NCBI GenBank assembly: GCA_958296195.1
Contig: OY282455.1
Span: forward strand, 3,829,809-3,893,808
From: an uncultured Pseudomonadales bacterium
GTDB lineage: Bacteria > Pseudomonadota > Gammaproteobacteria > Pseudomonadales > Azotimanducaceae
Direction of reading: 5' to 3'
Length of the DNA stretch: 64,000 nucleotides
Made by a program: the position numbers and the translations under genes. The notes under the pieces are model-generated. The model saw only the letters and a program-made list of their open reading frames with translations. It was not told where the DNA came from and did not search any database. Positions 37,290 through 46,766 of this stretch are shown here, piece by piece; within the stretch, counting starts at the first letter, position 1, and every line of letters starts with the position of its first letter.

Positions 37290-38690
37290 ATGGCGAAATT
37301 CATCGGACGCACGGATGAACTTAGGTTGTTGGCGAGAGCCTTCGACTCCCCGCGGTCGGAGTTCATCCCAGTTTACGGCAGGCGCCGCGTCGGCAAAAGC
37401 GAGCTCATTTTGCAGTTCATGGCCGACAAGCCGGGCGTTTACCACTTGGGGCAGCAGTCCTCCGCGGTCTTGCAGGTGCGTGAGTTTTTGGCTGAGGCAG
37501 CCCTGGCGCTGGACATGCCACTGCTCGCGGAACTGCGCACAGACAGTTGGCGGCAGGCGTTGCTCACCGTGGTTGAGCAATGGCGGGCGGCCCACTCCAA
37601 CACCAAGCTCATCCTGGCGCTGGATGAGTTTCAGTGGCTCGCCGCCTCCAGCCCTGAACTTCTCTCCGCGCTGCAGCAGTGCTGGGACCGGCATTGGCGA
37701 AGCGCAGGAAACGTCATGCTGCTGCTATGCGGTTCATATCTGGGGTTCATGGAGCGGGAGGTGCTCGGCAAGTCAAGCCCGCTGTTCGGGCGGCGCACCG
37801 CGCAGATTCACTTGCAGCCATTCAATTACTTAGATGCGGCCCGATTCCATCCTAGATGGTCGGATGTGGATAGGGCAAAAGCACACTCCCTCGTAGGCGG
37901 CCTGCCCCAATACCTGCTCTGCTTGGACGATGGCCTCTCCATCAATCAGAACATTCTGTTGCGACTGCTCAATGAATTTGCGCCCCTGTTCCACGAACCA
38001 ACCTTTCTTCTGCGCGAAGAGTTGCGCGAAATCGCACCGTACCATGCGGTCCTCTTCGCAATCGCCTCCGGGGAAGGAACCGTGCCCGCCATCGCCTCCG
38101 CCAGCGGCCTGGCGGAGCGAAACCTGCACTATTACCTACAGCAACTCGTGAACCTTGGCTACCTCCGGCGTCGGCATCCACTGGACCGCAAGCGTCCGAA
38201 TCCCAAGCAGGTGCGCTTTGGCGTTGAGGACCCCTTGCTTCAGTTCTGGTTTCGCTTCGTGTTCCCCAACATGAGCCTCATCCGCAGCGGCGGCGCCAAA
38301 ATGGCCTTCGCCGAGCGCATCAGGCCGCACCTTGACGCTTGGTTCGGGAGGGGCTTTGAACGCCTGTGTCGGGAGGCGCTGCCGCTCATCTACGCCAGCG
38401 AAGGCGTCAGCGCCGGCTTTGAGATCGGCGAATACTGGAGCGCGACGACGCAGATCGACGTGGTTGGCCGGCGCGACGACAACTGGACCGACCTCGGCGA
38501 ATGCAAGTGGGGCGCAGTGCGTTCGCCGCGCATGCTGGAGGCTGAACTGGAGCGCAAGGCCAAGGAGTTCCCCAACCACCGCGGCGCCACTCTGGGACGC
38601 CGCTACTTCGTTCGCCGCAAACCCACCGCCAAAGCCGGGGAGAGTGGCTGGCATTCATTGTCGGACCTGTACGCCCTGGACTCCCCATAG
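37290..38690 (+). CDS. ATP-binding protein (archaeal-type ATPase with a DUF234-like C-terminus)
   Basis: MAKFIGRTDELRLL...VYGRRRVGKSEL is Walker A and LILALDEFQWL is Walker B. The C-terminus ...QIDVVGRRDDNWTDLGECKW resembles a DUF234 restriction-endonuclease-like tail. Confidence 0.7.
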   Translation: MAKFIGRTDELRLLARAFDSPRSEFIPVYGRRRVGKSELILQFMADKPGVYHLGQQSSAVLQVREFLAEAALALDMPLLAELRTDSWRQALLTVVEQWRAAHSNTKLILALDEFQWLAASSPELLSALQQCWDRHWRSAGNVMLLLCGSYLGFMEREVLGKSSPLFGRRTAQIHLQPFNYLDAARFHPRWSDVDRAKAHSLVGGLPQYLLCLDDGLSINQNILLRLLNEFAPLFHEPTFLLREELREIAPYHAVLFAIASGEGTVPAIASASGLAERNLHYYLQQLVNLGYLRRRHPLDRKRPNPKQVRFGVEDPLLQFWFRFVFPNMSLIRSGGAKMAFAERIRPHLDAWFGRGFERLCREALPLIYASEGVSAGFEIGEYWSATTQIDVVGRRDDNWTDLGECKWGAVRSPRMLEAELERKAKEFPNHRGATLGRRYFVRRKPTAKAGESGWHSLSDLYALDSP

Positions 38691-38796
38691 GCTCCGCCAC
38701 GGGCCCCTCAAGTTAGCTGCTCTGGCCGAGACCACATGCATTGGTCTTCGCGCCTTTGCAGCAGGACCTAATTTCCCAATCGGAAACCGGGCTAAA

Positions 38797-41700
38797 ATGC
38801 CCGCCTCCCGCACCCGAATGTTGCCTTTGATGTCCGCTTCTCCCTCCATCTTCCAACCCCTGCCCACCGATGCGTTGCCGGCCGCGCCAGGGGAGCGGCG
38901 GGCTTGGACCGGGCTGGCGGACGGGGCGGTGGGTTGTTTCACCGCCAGCGCAGTCGCCGCCCATCCAGGGTTGACTCTCATCATCGCGGTTGACGCGGCG
39001 GCGGCCAGGCGGCGCTTGGAGGAGCTGGCCTTCTATGGGACGGGCGCGGCGCCCATTCTGCACTTTCCGGCTTGGGAGACCCTGCCCTACGACGCCTTCT
39101 CCCCCCATCAGGACATCATCTCCGAACGGCTTGCCACCTTGCAGCGGCTGCCCTCCGCCCAACCGGGCGCCTTGGTGGTGCCGGCCGCCACCCTCATGCA
39201 GCGTTTGCCACCGCGCGGCTACATGGACGGGCAGGCGATGTCTTGGGCCGTGGGGCAACGCTTCGACCTGCACGAGCAGCGCAGCCGCCTGCAGGCCGCC
39301 GGCTATCTGGCGGTGGAGACGGTCAGCCAACGCGGTGAGTTCGCGGTGCGTGGCTCCCTGATGGACATCTACCCCATGGGCCTCGCCCAGCCGGTGCGCA
39401 TCGACCTGTTTGACGACGAGATCGACACCCTGCGCTACTTTGATGTTGAGTCGCAGATGACCATTGACCGGGTGCAGTGCATCGAGGTGCTGCCGGCCAA
39501 GGAGTTCCCTTTCGACGCCGCCGCCATCGCCCGCTTCCGCGGCACCTGGCACGACGTCTTCAATGTGGATGTGCGGCGCTGTCCGGTCTATCAGGATGTC
39601 TCCGCCGGCATTGCGCCCAACGGCGTGGAACACTACCTGCCGCTGTTCTTCGACCGTAGCGAGGGCCTGGCCAGCCTGTTCGACCACTTGCCGGACAACA
39701 CCCTGATCCTGCAGCAGTCCGGCCTGGAGGAGGCCGTCACCCGCTTCTGGGAGCAGGTCAACAGCCGCCATCGCAGTCTTTCCGGGGACATCGAGCGACC
39801 CATCCTGCCGCCACCGGACCTTTATCTGCGTCCAGACGAACTGAACGGCCTGCTGCGCCGCCGACCCCGGGTCATCCTAGGCGAAGAGGGCAAGCATTCA
39901 ACCCGCTTCAACGCCAAGCCCCTGCCGAACCTGCAGGCCAACGCCCGCTTGAAGGTTCCGGCGCAGCCGCTCAAGGACTTCCTGGCCGCCAATCCCGAAA
40001 CCCCGGTCCTGTTCACCGCCGAAAGCGGCGGCCGCCGCACCCTACTGGAGGAGTTCCTCAACCGGGCCGGGTTGCAGCCGAAGGACTGCGCCGGCTGGGC
40101 GGACTTCCGTGAGCGCGGCTGCCGAACAGGGCTCACTGTGGCGCCCATAGATCAGGGCCTCTGGCTGGAGGACGCCATCCTCATCACCGAAAGCCAGATA
40201 TTCGGCCATCGCCCCGTCGAGGAGCGCATCAGCGGCGCCCGCGCCCTGGACCCGGAGCAGATCATCCGCAACCTGACGGAGCTTTCCATCGGCGCCCCGG
40301 TGGTGCATCAGGAGCACGGCATCGGCCGCTACCGGGGCCTGCAAACCCTGAACGTGGATGGAGTGGTCGGCGAATACCTCGCCTTGGAGTACGCCGAGGA
40401 AGCCAAGCTGTACGTTCCGGTCACCTCCCTGCATCTGATCGCCCGCTATGCCGGGGTCGATGAGGCGCAAGCCCCCCTGCACCGGCTAGGCTCCGACCAA
40501 TGGGCCAAGGCGCGGCGGCGGGCGGCGGAGAAGGTGGTCGATGCGGCCGCCGAACTGCTCGATGTGCTTGCCCGCCGCGCCGCCCGTCCCGCCCCAAAGC
40601 TGCGTTGCGAACAGGCCGAGTACGAGCGCTTCGCCGCCCAGTTCCCCTTCGAGTTGACCGCCGACCAAGCCAAGGCGGTGGACGCGGTGCTGGCCGATCT
40701 CGGCTCCGGCACGCCCACCGACCGGCTGATCTGCGGCGACGTGGGCTTCGGCAAGACCGAGGTGGCCATGCGGGCCGCCTTCGCCGCGGTGCAAAGCGGC
40801 AAGCAGGTGGCCGTGCTGGCCCCCACCACCTTGCTGGCGCAGCAGCATTTGGAGACCTTCCGCGACCGCTTCGCGGACTGGCCGGTCCACATCGACATGG
40901 CCTCCCGACTGCGCAGCGCCGGCGAGATCAGGGCCATCGGCGAGCGCTTGGCCAAGGGCGCCATCGACATCCTCATCGGCACCCACCGGCTGCTCGGCGC
41001 CGGGCTGGATTTCAAGGACTTGGGGCTGATCGTCATCGACGAGGAGCACCGCTTCGGCGTGCGGCAGAAGGAGCGGCTGAAGGCGTTGCGGGCGCAGGCG
41101 GACGTTCTCACCCTGACCGCCACTCCCATCCCCCGCACCCTGAACATGGCGCTGGCCGGCGTGCGCGACTTCTCCATCATCGCCACGCCGCCGGCCAAGC
41201 GCCTTTCCATCAACACCTTCGTCCACGAGCGGCGCAACCACATCATCCGCGAGGCGCTGAACCGGGAACTGATGCGCGGCGGCCAGGTCTTCTACGTCCA
41301 CAACCAGGTGCGCAGCATCGGCCAAGCAGCGGAGGCCGTGGCGGCGCTGGCCCCAGAGGCGCGCATCGGCATCGGCCACGGGCAGATGCCCAAACGTCAG
41401 TTGGAGCAGGTGATGGCGGACTTCCTCCATCGCCGCCTGAACGTGCTGGTGTGCAGCACCATCATCGAAAACGGCTTGGACATCCCCAACGCCAACACCA
41501 TCATCATCGACCGCGCCGACAAGTTCGGCTTGGCCCAGTTGCATCAGTTGCGCGGGCGGGTTGGGCGCTCCCACCGGCAGGCCTACGCCTATCTTCTGAC
41601 CCCCCATCCGAGCGCCATGACGCCGGATTCGGCGAAGCGGCTCAAGGCCATTGAAGCCGCCGGGGAACTCGGTGTCGGCTTCGCCTTGGCCACCCAAGAC

Positions 41701-42321
41701 TTGGAAATTCGCGGGGCCGGAGAACTGCTGGGGGAGGAGCAGTCCGGGCAGATCGAGTCCATCGGCCTATCTCTGTACATGGACATGCTGGACGCGGCGG
41801 TCAAGGCCATCAAACGGGGCGAGCCGCCCAATCTGGACGCCCCCTTGCTGCCGGTCAGCCAAGAGGTGAACCTGCATTGCTCCGCGCTGATTCCAGAGGA
41901 CTACCTGCCGGACGTGCAACTGCGCCTGATGCTGTACAAGCGCATCAGCGCCGCCGCCAACGACGCCGCCTTGGATGAATTGCGCGCCGAACTGATCGAC
42001 CGCTTCGGGCGCTTGCCGCCTCCCCTTATGCAGTTGTTCCGGGTCACCGCCTTGAAGCTGCGCCTGAACCGCATCGGCGCCAGCCGCTTCGACCTGGGCG
42101 AGAACGGCGGCCGAGTGAAGTTCAGCAAGGACGCCAAGGTCGATCCCGCAGCCGTCGTCAGCCTAGTGCAGCGGCAGCCCAACACCTACCGCTTGGCCGG
42201 CTCCACGCGCCTGCGCATCACCCGCGCCCTGCCCACCTTGGACGAGCGCTTCGCCTTCGCCGACCAACTCATCCACGCGCTGACGCCGACGGCGCAGCCA
42301 AGCGGCATCGCCGCCGGATGA
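38797..42321 (+). CDS. mfd: transcription-repair coupling factor
   Basis: Collinear with E. coli Mfd (FPAWETLPYDAFSPHQDIISERL, GDVGFGKTEVAMRAAF, DEEHRFGV, TATPIPRTL, QLHQLRGRVGRS). The start is uncertain among the ATGs at 38797, 38818 and 38830. Confidence 0.9.
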   Translation: MPASRTRMLPLMSASPSIFQPLPTDALPAAPGERRAWTGLADGAVGCFTASAVAAHPGLTLIIAVDAAAARRRLEELAFYGTGAAPILHFPAWETLPYDAFSPHQDIISERLATLQRLPSAQPGALVVPAATLMQRLPPRGYMDGQAMSWAVGQRFDLHEQRSRLQAAGYLAVETVSQRGEFAVRGSLMDIYPMGLAQPVRIDLFDDEIDTLRYFDVESQMTIDRVQCIEVLPAKEFPFDAAAIARFRGTWHDVFNVDVRRCPVYQDVSAGIAPNGVEHYLPLFFDRSEGLASLFDHLPDNTLILQQSGLEEAVTRFWEQVNSRHRSLSGDIERPILPPPDLYLRPDELNGLLRRRPRVILGEEGKHSTRFNAKPLPNLQANARLKVPAQPLKDFLAANPETPVLFTAESGGRRTLLEEFLNRAGLQPKDCAGWADFRERGCRTGLTVAPIDQGLWLEDAILITESQIFGHRPVEERISGARALDPEQIIRNLTELSIGAPVVHQEHGIGRYRGLQTLNVDGVVGEYLALEYAEEAKLYVPVTSLHLIARYAGVDEAQAPLHRLGSDQWAKARRRAAEKVVDAAAELLDVLARRAARPAPKLRCEQAEYERFAAQFPFELTADQAKAVDAVLADLGSGTPTDRLICGDVGFGKTEVAMRAAFAAVQSGKQVAVLAPTTLLAQQHLETFRDRFADWPVHIDMASRLRSAGEIRAIGERLAKGAIDILIGTHRLLGAGLDFKDLGLIVIDEEHRFGVRQKERLKALRAQADVLTLTATPIPRTLNMALAGVRDFSIIATPPAKRLSINTFVHERRNHIIREALNRELMRGGQVFYVHNQVRSIGQAAEAVAALAPEARIGIGHGQMPKRQLEQVMADFLHRRLNVLVCSTIIENGLDIPNANTIIIDRADKFGLAQLHQLRGRVGRSHRQAYAYLLTPHPSAMTPDSAKRLKAIEAAGELGVGFALATQDLEIRGAGELLGEEQSGQIESIGLSLYMDMLDAAVKAIKRGEPPNLDAPLLPVSQEVNLHCSALIPEDYLPDVQLRLMLYKRISAAANDAALDELRAELIDRFGRLPPPLMQLFRVTALKLRLNRIGASRFDLGENGGRVKFSKDAKVDPAAVVSLVQRQPNTYRLAGSTRLRITRALPTLDERFAFADQLIHALTPTAQPSGIAAG

Positions 42322-43307
42322 ACATGCGAACCGGTGCCGGCCAACCAGCAGGTTGTTCCGCCAAGGCCGGCGGACTAAAACTTGGCCTAGCGGCGGTTCT
42401 GTTGTCGTTGCCGGCTATCGCGGTCGAACTTGAGGAGGCACAAGACCTGCTGCGTGGACGTTGGTACGCCGCCGAGGTCATCATTTTTGAGCGCCTGAAC
42501 TCCAACGAAGCCGGCCCGGAAGACTTGGTCCGCTTCGATGAGCGATTCTACCCGGCCAACATCCGCGCCATGGCCGAACCAAACCCTTGGAGCGCCGCCG
42601 AACTCGACCCCTTCACCCGCGTCTGCTTGGAATTTCCCCGGTTGGAAGTGCGGTTGCCCAACCCGCCGTCACCAGCACCGGCTGAGGACGCCGGAATCCA
42701 ACCACAGCCGACGGCGCCAATCGCCGATCGCGGCGCCCCCACTTCGCTCGTTGAAGAAATGCCTCGGCGCGAGCCGCCCACCATCCATCCAACTTTAGCG
42801 CCGCATCCCTTGCTGGACTTGCTAAGCGCCGCCGTCGCCGCCGAGCGCCTCCTCCAGCAAAACAGCTATCGCTGGCTGGACGCGAGCGCCCTGCAACTGC
42901 AAGCGGAGGCCCGCCGCATCCGCCAGGCGCCCAACCTGCAATTAATTTGGCACGGGCGCTGGATGCAGCCGACGCCGGCCCGCGACGCCGGCGAGCCCCT
43001 GCTACTGCAAGTGGGGCCGCAGTCCAACAGCCTCCATGCATTGGAGGGCACCCTGCAAATCACTCTGGGCCGCTACCTGCACTTCCAAGCGGAACTCTGG
43101 CGCCCGGCGCAGAGGCCACCGGCCAGCGAATCGGGCGAACAAGGAGCCTTCCCCTACGTCACCCTAAACCAAAGCCGCACCATGCGCAGCGGCGAACTGC
43201 ACTACTTGGACCACCCCGAAGTCGGCGTTCTGGTGCGCATCGACCCGGTGCCCCCAGCGGCGGAGTTAGTGAAAGCTTTGGAGCTATGGAAACGAGCTTC
43301 CGCCTAG
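42318..43307 (+). CDS. csiV: CsiV-family periplasmic protein
   Basis: It has a signal peptide. The YAAEVIIFERL start and SGELHYLDHPEVGVLVRIDPV end are motifs typical of the family usually encoded after mfd. ATGA overlap with mfd. Confidence 0.6.
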   Translation: MNMRTGAGQPAGCSAKAGGLKLGLAAVLLSLPAIAVELEEAQDLLRGRWYAAEVIIFERLNSNEAGPEDLVRFDERFYPANIRAMAEPNPWSAAELDPFTRVCLEFPRLEVRLPNPPSPAPAEDAGIQPQPTAPIADRGAPTSLVEEMPRREPPTIHPTLAPHPLLDLLSAAVAAERLLQQNSYRWLDASALQLQAEARRIRQAPNLQLIWHGRWMQPTPARDAGEPLLLQVGPQSNSLHALEGTLQITLGRYLHFQAELWRPAQRPPASESGEQGAFPYVTLNQSRTMRSGELHYLDHPEVGVLVRIDPVPPAAELVKALELWKRASA

Positions 43308-43342
43308 CCGCACTGCTAAGGGCGACGCAGATAGCTGTGGTT

Positions 43343-43535
43343 GCTACTCTCTACCTCAAGTCGCGGGTGACAGTTGCCGCTTAAGTGCCGACTCCCTTGG
43401 AGGAATGGGGCCGTGCGGTCCCAAGTGGAACCGATGGCCGCAGTGCAAAGCACTTTGCCGCACCTGCCCAGCCGCACCTGCCCAGCCGTAGCCTGTCCAA
43501 GTCGGGGCAGCGTTGTGGATGTCTTCTGCGGCATC
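43343..43535 (+). pseudogene. Duplicated upstream region plus the first ~34 codons of the C5-methyltransferase gene, truncated inside motif I
   Basis: It aligns with 45565-45757, with several substitutions and a small indel. It encodes MAAVQSTLPHLPS...RGSVVDVFCGI and then diverges (FYAFCTST-stop), whereas the intact copy continues ...VDVFCGIGGLSHGF. Confidence 0.8.
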
Positions 43536-43587
43536 TTTTATGCTTTTTGCACAAGCACATGATGTCCTTGGCGGCGCTATTCACCAA

Positions 43588-45540
43588 ATGCCCCCTCCGA
43601 GAAAATGGGTTAGACAATCCCCGAAACCAAAGCTGCACGGTGCGCAAACCCCGCTGCTCGGCGTTCTGGCCTTGGCTTTGTTGGTGGCCGCCAGCTACTT
43701 CCCCGCGGTGTTCGGCGGCTTCGTGTGGGACGACCGGGTATTCACCGAAGCCGTGCCGGTGCGGGAGTTCTCCGGCCTTTGGCGAATCTGGCTCTCGCCT
43801 AGTGAAATCGAATTCGAAGGGCACTACTGGCCCCTTACCTACACCACCTTTTGGCTGGAGCACAAGCTGTGGGGCTTTGCCCCGGCCGGCTTCCACATCG
43901 TTAACCTAGCGCTGCACACCGTCAACGCGGCGCTGCTCTGGCGCCTGCTTGAACGGCTTGCAGTGCCGGGTGCTTGGGTGGCGGCGGCGGTCTTCGCAGT
44001 GCATCCGGTACATGTTGAAGCTGTTGCCTGGATCATGGGACGCAAGGACTTGCTGGCGACGCTGTTCTACTTGGCTGCCGCGGCAGTTTGGATGAGCTTC
44101 ATCGAAGCGCCGCACTCGAGGCGGCGAACAAGGCGCTACTTTCTGGCCTTGGGCCTGTTTGCCGCCGGCCTGCTGTGCAAGTCCATAGGCGTCACCCTGC
44201 CGGTAGCCTTGCTGGTTTTGCGCTGGTGGAAACGCGGCCGCGTCACTGGGTTGGACATGCTTCGGCTGGCACCGTTTTTCGTAGTGGGCGCCGGCATTGC
44301 CGCGGCGGACCTGAGCTACTACGAAGAAGCCGTTGAAATGGACCACGCTTTGTTTGAGCGGCCAATCGTCGCCGCCAAAGTGCTGTGGTTCTATTTGGGC
44401 AAGCTGCTGTGGCCGACTGGCTTGGTCGCCATTTATCCGCGGTGGGAGGTGGATGCCGCCGACTTGCTCGCATGGGGCTGGGTGGCAGCCGCGTTGGCTC
44501 TACCGACGGCCTTGTGGCTTTTGCGCCGCCGCATTGGCAGGGGCCCCTTGGCCGGCGCACTGTTCTTTGCACTCACCCTGTCGCCGGTCCTCGGGTTCGT
44601 GGAATTTGGCTACATGCAGTTCTCGTTCGTCGCCGATCGCTACCAATACCTCGCCAGCGCTGGTCCCTTGGCTGTCGTCATCGCCGCCGCCAATAGCGTC
44701 GGGCGACGAAGGCTCCCGAGATGGAGCTTGGCCGCCTTCGTTGCAGCTGCGCTGGCCCTGCTGGGCGCATTGACGTGGCGCCAAGCCGACGTCTATCGAG
44801 ACGACGTGGCATTTTTCAACTACGTCATTGAGCGCAATCCAACGGCGCGGCACGCTCATCTGAACCTCAGCAGGGGGTTGTTCGAATCCGGGCGGTGGGA
44901 GGACGGGCTGGCCGCCGTGCGCACCCACATCGCCCAAACACCAAACGAACCCACGGGGCACTACAATGCCGGCTTGGCGCTCCTGCGGTTGGGGCGGCCC
45001 GACGAGGCGCTGGAGAGCCTGCAGCGCGCCCTCCTGCTCGATGCGGACATGGAAAATGCGCAATTCGTCGCCGGCCTAGCCTTGGCGCAGCTGGGGCGTC
45101 TGGAGGAGGCTGCGTCACGCCATCACCAAGCATTGGAAATTGATCCGAACCATCTAGCCGCCCGCGTGGAGGTCGGCAATGTGCTCGGAAGGCTGGGCCG
45201 CTTGGCCGAAGCGGAGCGGCACCTAACTCTTGCCGTGGAAACCAGCCCGAACCACCTAGGGGCGCTAATGGCCCTCGCCACGACGTTGTTTCTACAACAG
45301 CGCCATCAAGAAGCACTGGACATCTACAGCCGCGTTGTCGAGTTGGCTCCAGACAACGTCCGGGCCCATTCTGGTGCCGGTGCTGCCTTGCATTACCTAG
45401 GCCGTGACGATGAGGCGCTGAAGCGCATCGACCAAGCCCTCGCCCTGGACCCGACCTTGGCGGAGGCGCACGCCAACCGCGCGGCCATCACCAAAAGCAT
45501 CGCCGCCAAAAAACCTCCCCCATCCTCCCCGAACCCGTAA
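43588..45540 (+). CDS. polytopic membrane protein with C-terminal TPR repeats (PMT/TMTC-like glycosyltransferase architecture)
   Basis: The N-terminus has multiple TM segments with GGFVWDDRVF. The C-terminus has about 7 TPR units (AHLNLSRGLFESGRWEDGLAAV..., NAGLALLRLGRPDEALESL...). The start is uncertain, and the ORF maximum begins inside the repeat. Confidence 0.7.
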   Translation: MPPPRKWVRQSPKPKLHGAQTPLLGVLALALLVAASYFPAVFGGFVWDDRVFTEAVPVREFSGLWRIWLSPSEIEFEGHYWPLTYTTFWLEHKLWGFAPAGFHIVNLALHTVNAALLWRLLERLAVPGAWVAAAVFAVHPVHVEAVAWIMGRKDLLATLFYLAAAAVWMSFIEAPHSRRRTRRYFLALGLFAAGLLCKSIGVTLPVALLVLRWWKRGRVTGLDMLRLAPFFVVGAGIAAADLSYYEEAVEMDHALFERPIVAAKVLWFYLGKLLWPTGLVAIYPRWEVDAADLLAWGWVAAALALPTALWLLRRRIGRGPLAGALFFALTLSPVLGFVEFGYMQFSFVADRYQYLASAGPLAVVIAAANSVGRRRLPRWSLAAFVAAALALLGALTWRQADVYRDDVAFFNYVIERNPTARHAHLNLSRGLFESGRWEDGLAAVRTHIAQTPNEPTGHYNAGLALLRLGRPDEALESLQRALLLDADMENAQFVAGLALAQLGRLEEAASRHHQALEIDPNHLAARVEVGNVLGRLGRLAEAERHLTLAVETSPNHLGALMALATTLFLQQRHQEALDIYSRVVELAPDNVRAHSGAGAALHYLGRDDEALKRIDQALALDPTLAEAHANRAAITKSIAAKKPPPSSPNP

Positions 45541-45656
45541 GACTCCCACACAGGCAGCAAAAACAGTTACTCTTCACCCCAAGTCGCGGATGACAGTTGC
45601 CGCTTGAGTGCCAACTCCCTTGGAGGAATGGGGCCGCGCAGCCCCAAGAGGAACCG

Positions 45657-46766
45657 ATGGCCGCAGTGCAAAAGCATTTTGCCGCACCTACCCAGTCACA
45701 CCAAGAAGCCATAGCCTGTCCACGTCGGGGCAGCGTTGTGGATGTCTTCTGCGGCATCGGGGGCCTAAGCCACGGCTTCGTGTCGGAGGGCTTTGACGTC
45801 AGGGCGGGAATCGACATTGACGCCTCCTGCCGCTACGCCTACGAGCGCAACAATGGAGCTAGGTTCATCGGTCGGGACGTTGGCGATCTGCGTGGTGGCG
45901 AAATCAACCACCTGTTCGCCAAAGACGAACCGCGCATCTTGGTCGGCTGCGCACCATGCCAGCCCTTTTCCACTTACAGCCAGAACCGGTCCGATGCGAA
46001 ATGGCGGCTGCTCGCGGAATTCGGGCGCCTTGTAAGTGAAGTTCAACCCGATGTGGTTTCAATGGAGAACGTCCCGCGCCTCACCAGCTTCCACAAGGGC
46101 GAACTGTTCAAGCAATTCGTGGCGGCGCTTGAAACGGCCGGCTACGATGTCCGGCCGAAGGTCGTCAACTGCGCGGACTACGGGGTGCCGCAGACTCGCC
46201 TGCGCTTGGTGGTGCTGGCTTCAAGAGTTGGTCCCATCGAGCTGATGCCACCAACACATGCGGCCGATGCACATGTGACGGTACGAGATGCCATCGCCCA
46301 CCTACCGCCGATCACCGCCGGCGGCAAAGACGCCGAGGATCCGCTGCACTATGCCAGCCGGCTGTCCGAGACCAATCTCGCCCGCATCCGCGAGGCAAAG
46401 CCCGGCCAATCCTGGCGCGACTGGAAGCCAGCGCTTGTCGCCCCATGCCACCGCAAGCACTCCGGGCGCTGGTATCAAAGCGTGTACGGCAGAATGCACT
46501 GGGATGCGCCCGCGCCGACCATCACGACGCAATGCAATGGCTTCGGCAACGGCCGATTCGGCCACCCGAAACAGGATCGCGCCATTTCGCTGCGTGAGGC
46601 GGCTCTGTTGCAGACGTTTCCTGAGGGCTACGAGTTCTTTGACCCGAACGAACGCTGGTTCGTTTCAGCGGCCGCACGCTGGATCGGAAACGCCGTGCCA
46701 GTGGCGCTGGCAAGAGCCGTGGCGCGGAGCGTGGCGCGGGCGCTGGAGGGCAAGAGCGATGCCTAG
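45657..46766 (+). CDS. dcm: DNA (cytosine-5)-methyltransferase
   Basis: Motif I VDVFCGIGGLSHGF, motif IV GCAPCQPFS, motif VI MENVPRL, motif VIII QTRLRLV, motif X GNAVPV. Confidence 0.9.
   Translation: MAAVQKHFAAPTQSHQEAIACPRRGSVVDVFCGIGGLSHGFVSEGFDVRAGIDIDASCRYAYERNNGARFIGRDVGDLRGGEINHLFAKDEPRILVGCAPCQPFSTYSQNRSDAKWRLLAEFGRLVSEVQPDVVSMENVPRLTSFHKGELFKQFVAALETAGYDVRPKVVNCADYGVPQTRLRLVVLASRVGPIELMPPTHAADAHVTVRDAIAHLPPITAGGKDAEDPLHYASRLSETNLARIREAKPGQSWRDWKPALVAPCHRKHSGRWYQSVYGRMHWDAPAPTITTQCNGFGNGRFGHPKQDRAISLREAALLQTFPEGYEFFDPNERWFVSAAARWIGNAVPVALARAVARSVARALEGKSDA

Noticed and set aside
38713-41697. 352-aa, 403-aa and 266-aa minus-strand ORFs and a 384-aa plus-strand alternate-frame ORF
   Set aside because: All overlap mfd, which is collinear with E. 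coli Mfd over its whole length.
43513-43587. The long start of the TPR-protein ORF, and the small ORFs 43374-43562 and 43385-43909
   Set aside because: These begin inside the duplicated dcm 5' fragment. The first is read-through of the repeat and the others are the truncated dcm remnant or alternate frames.
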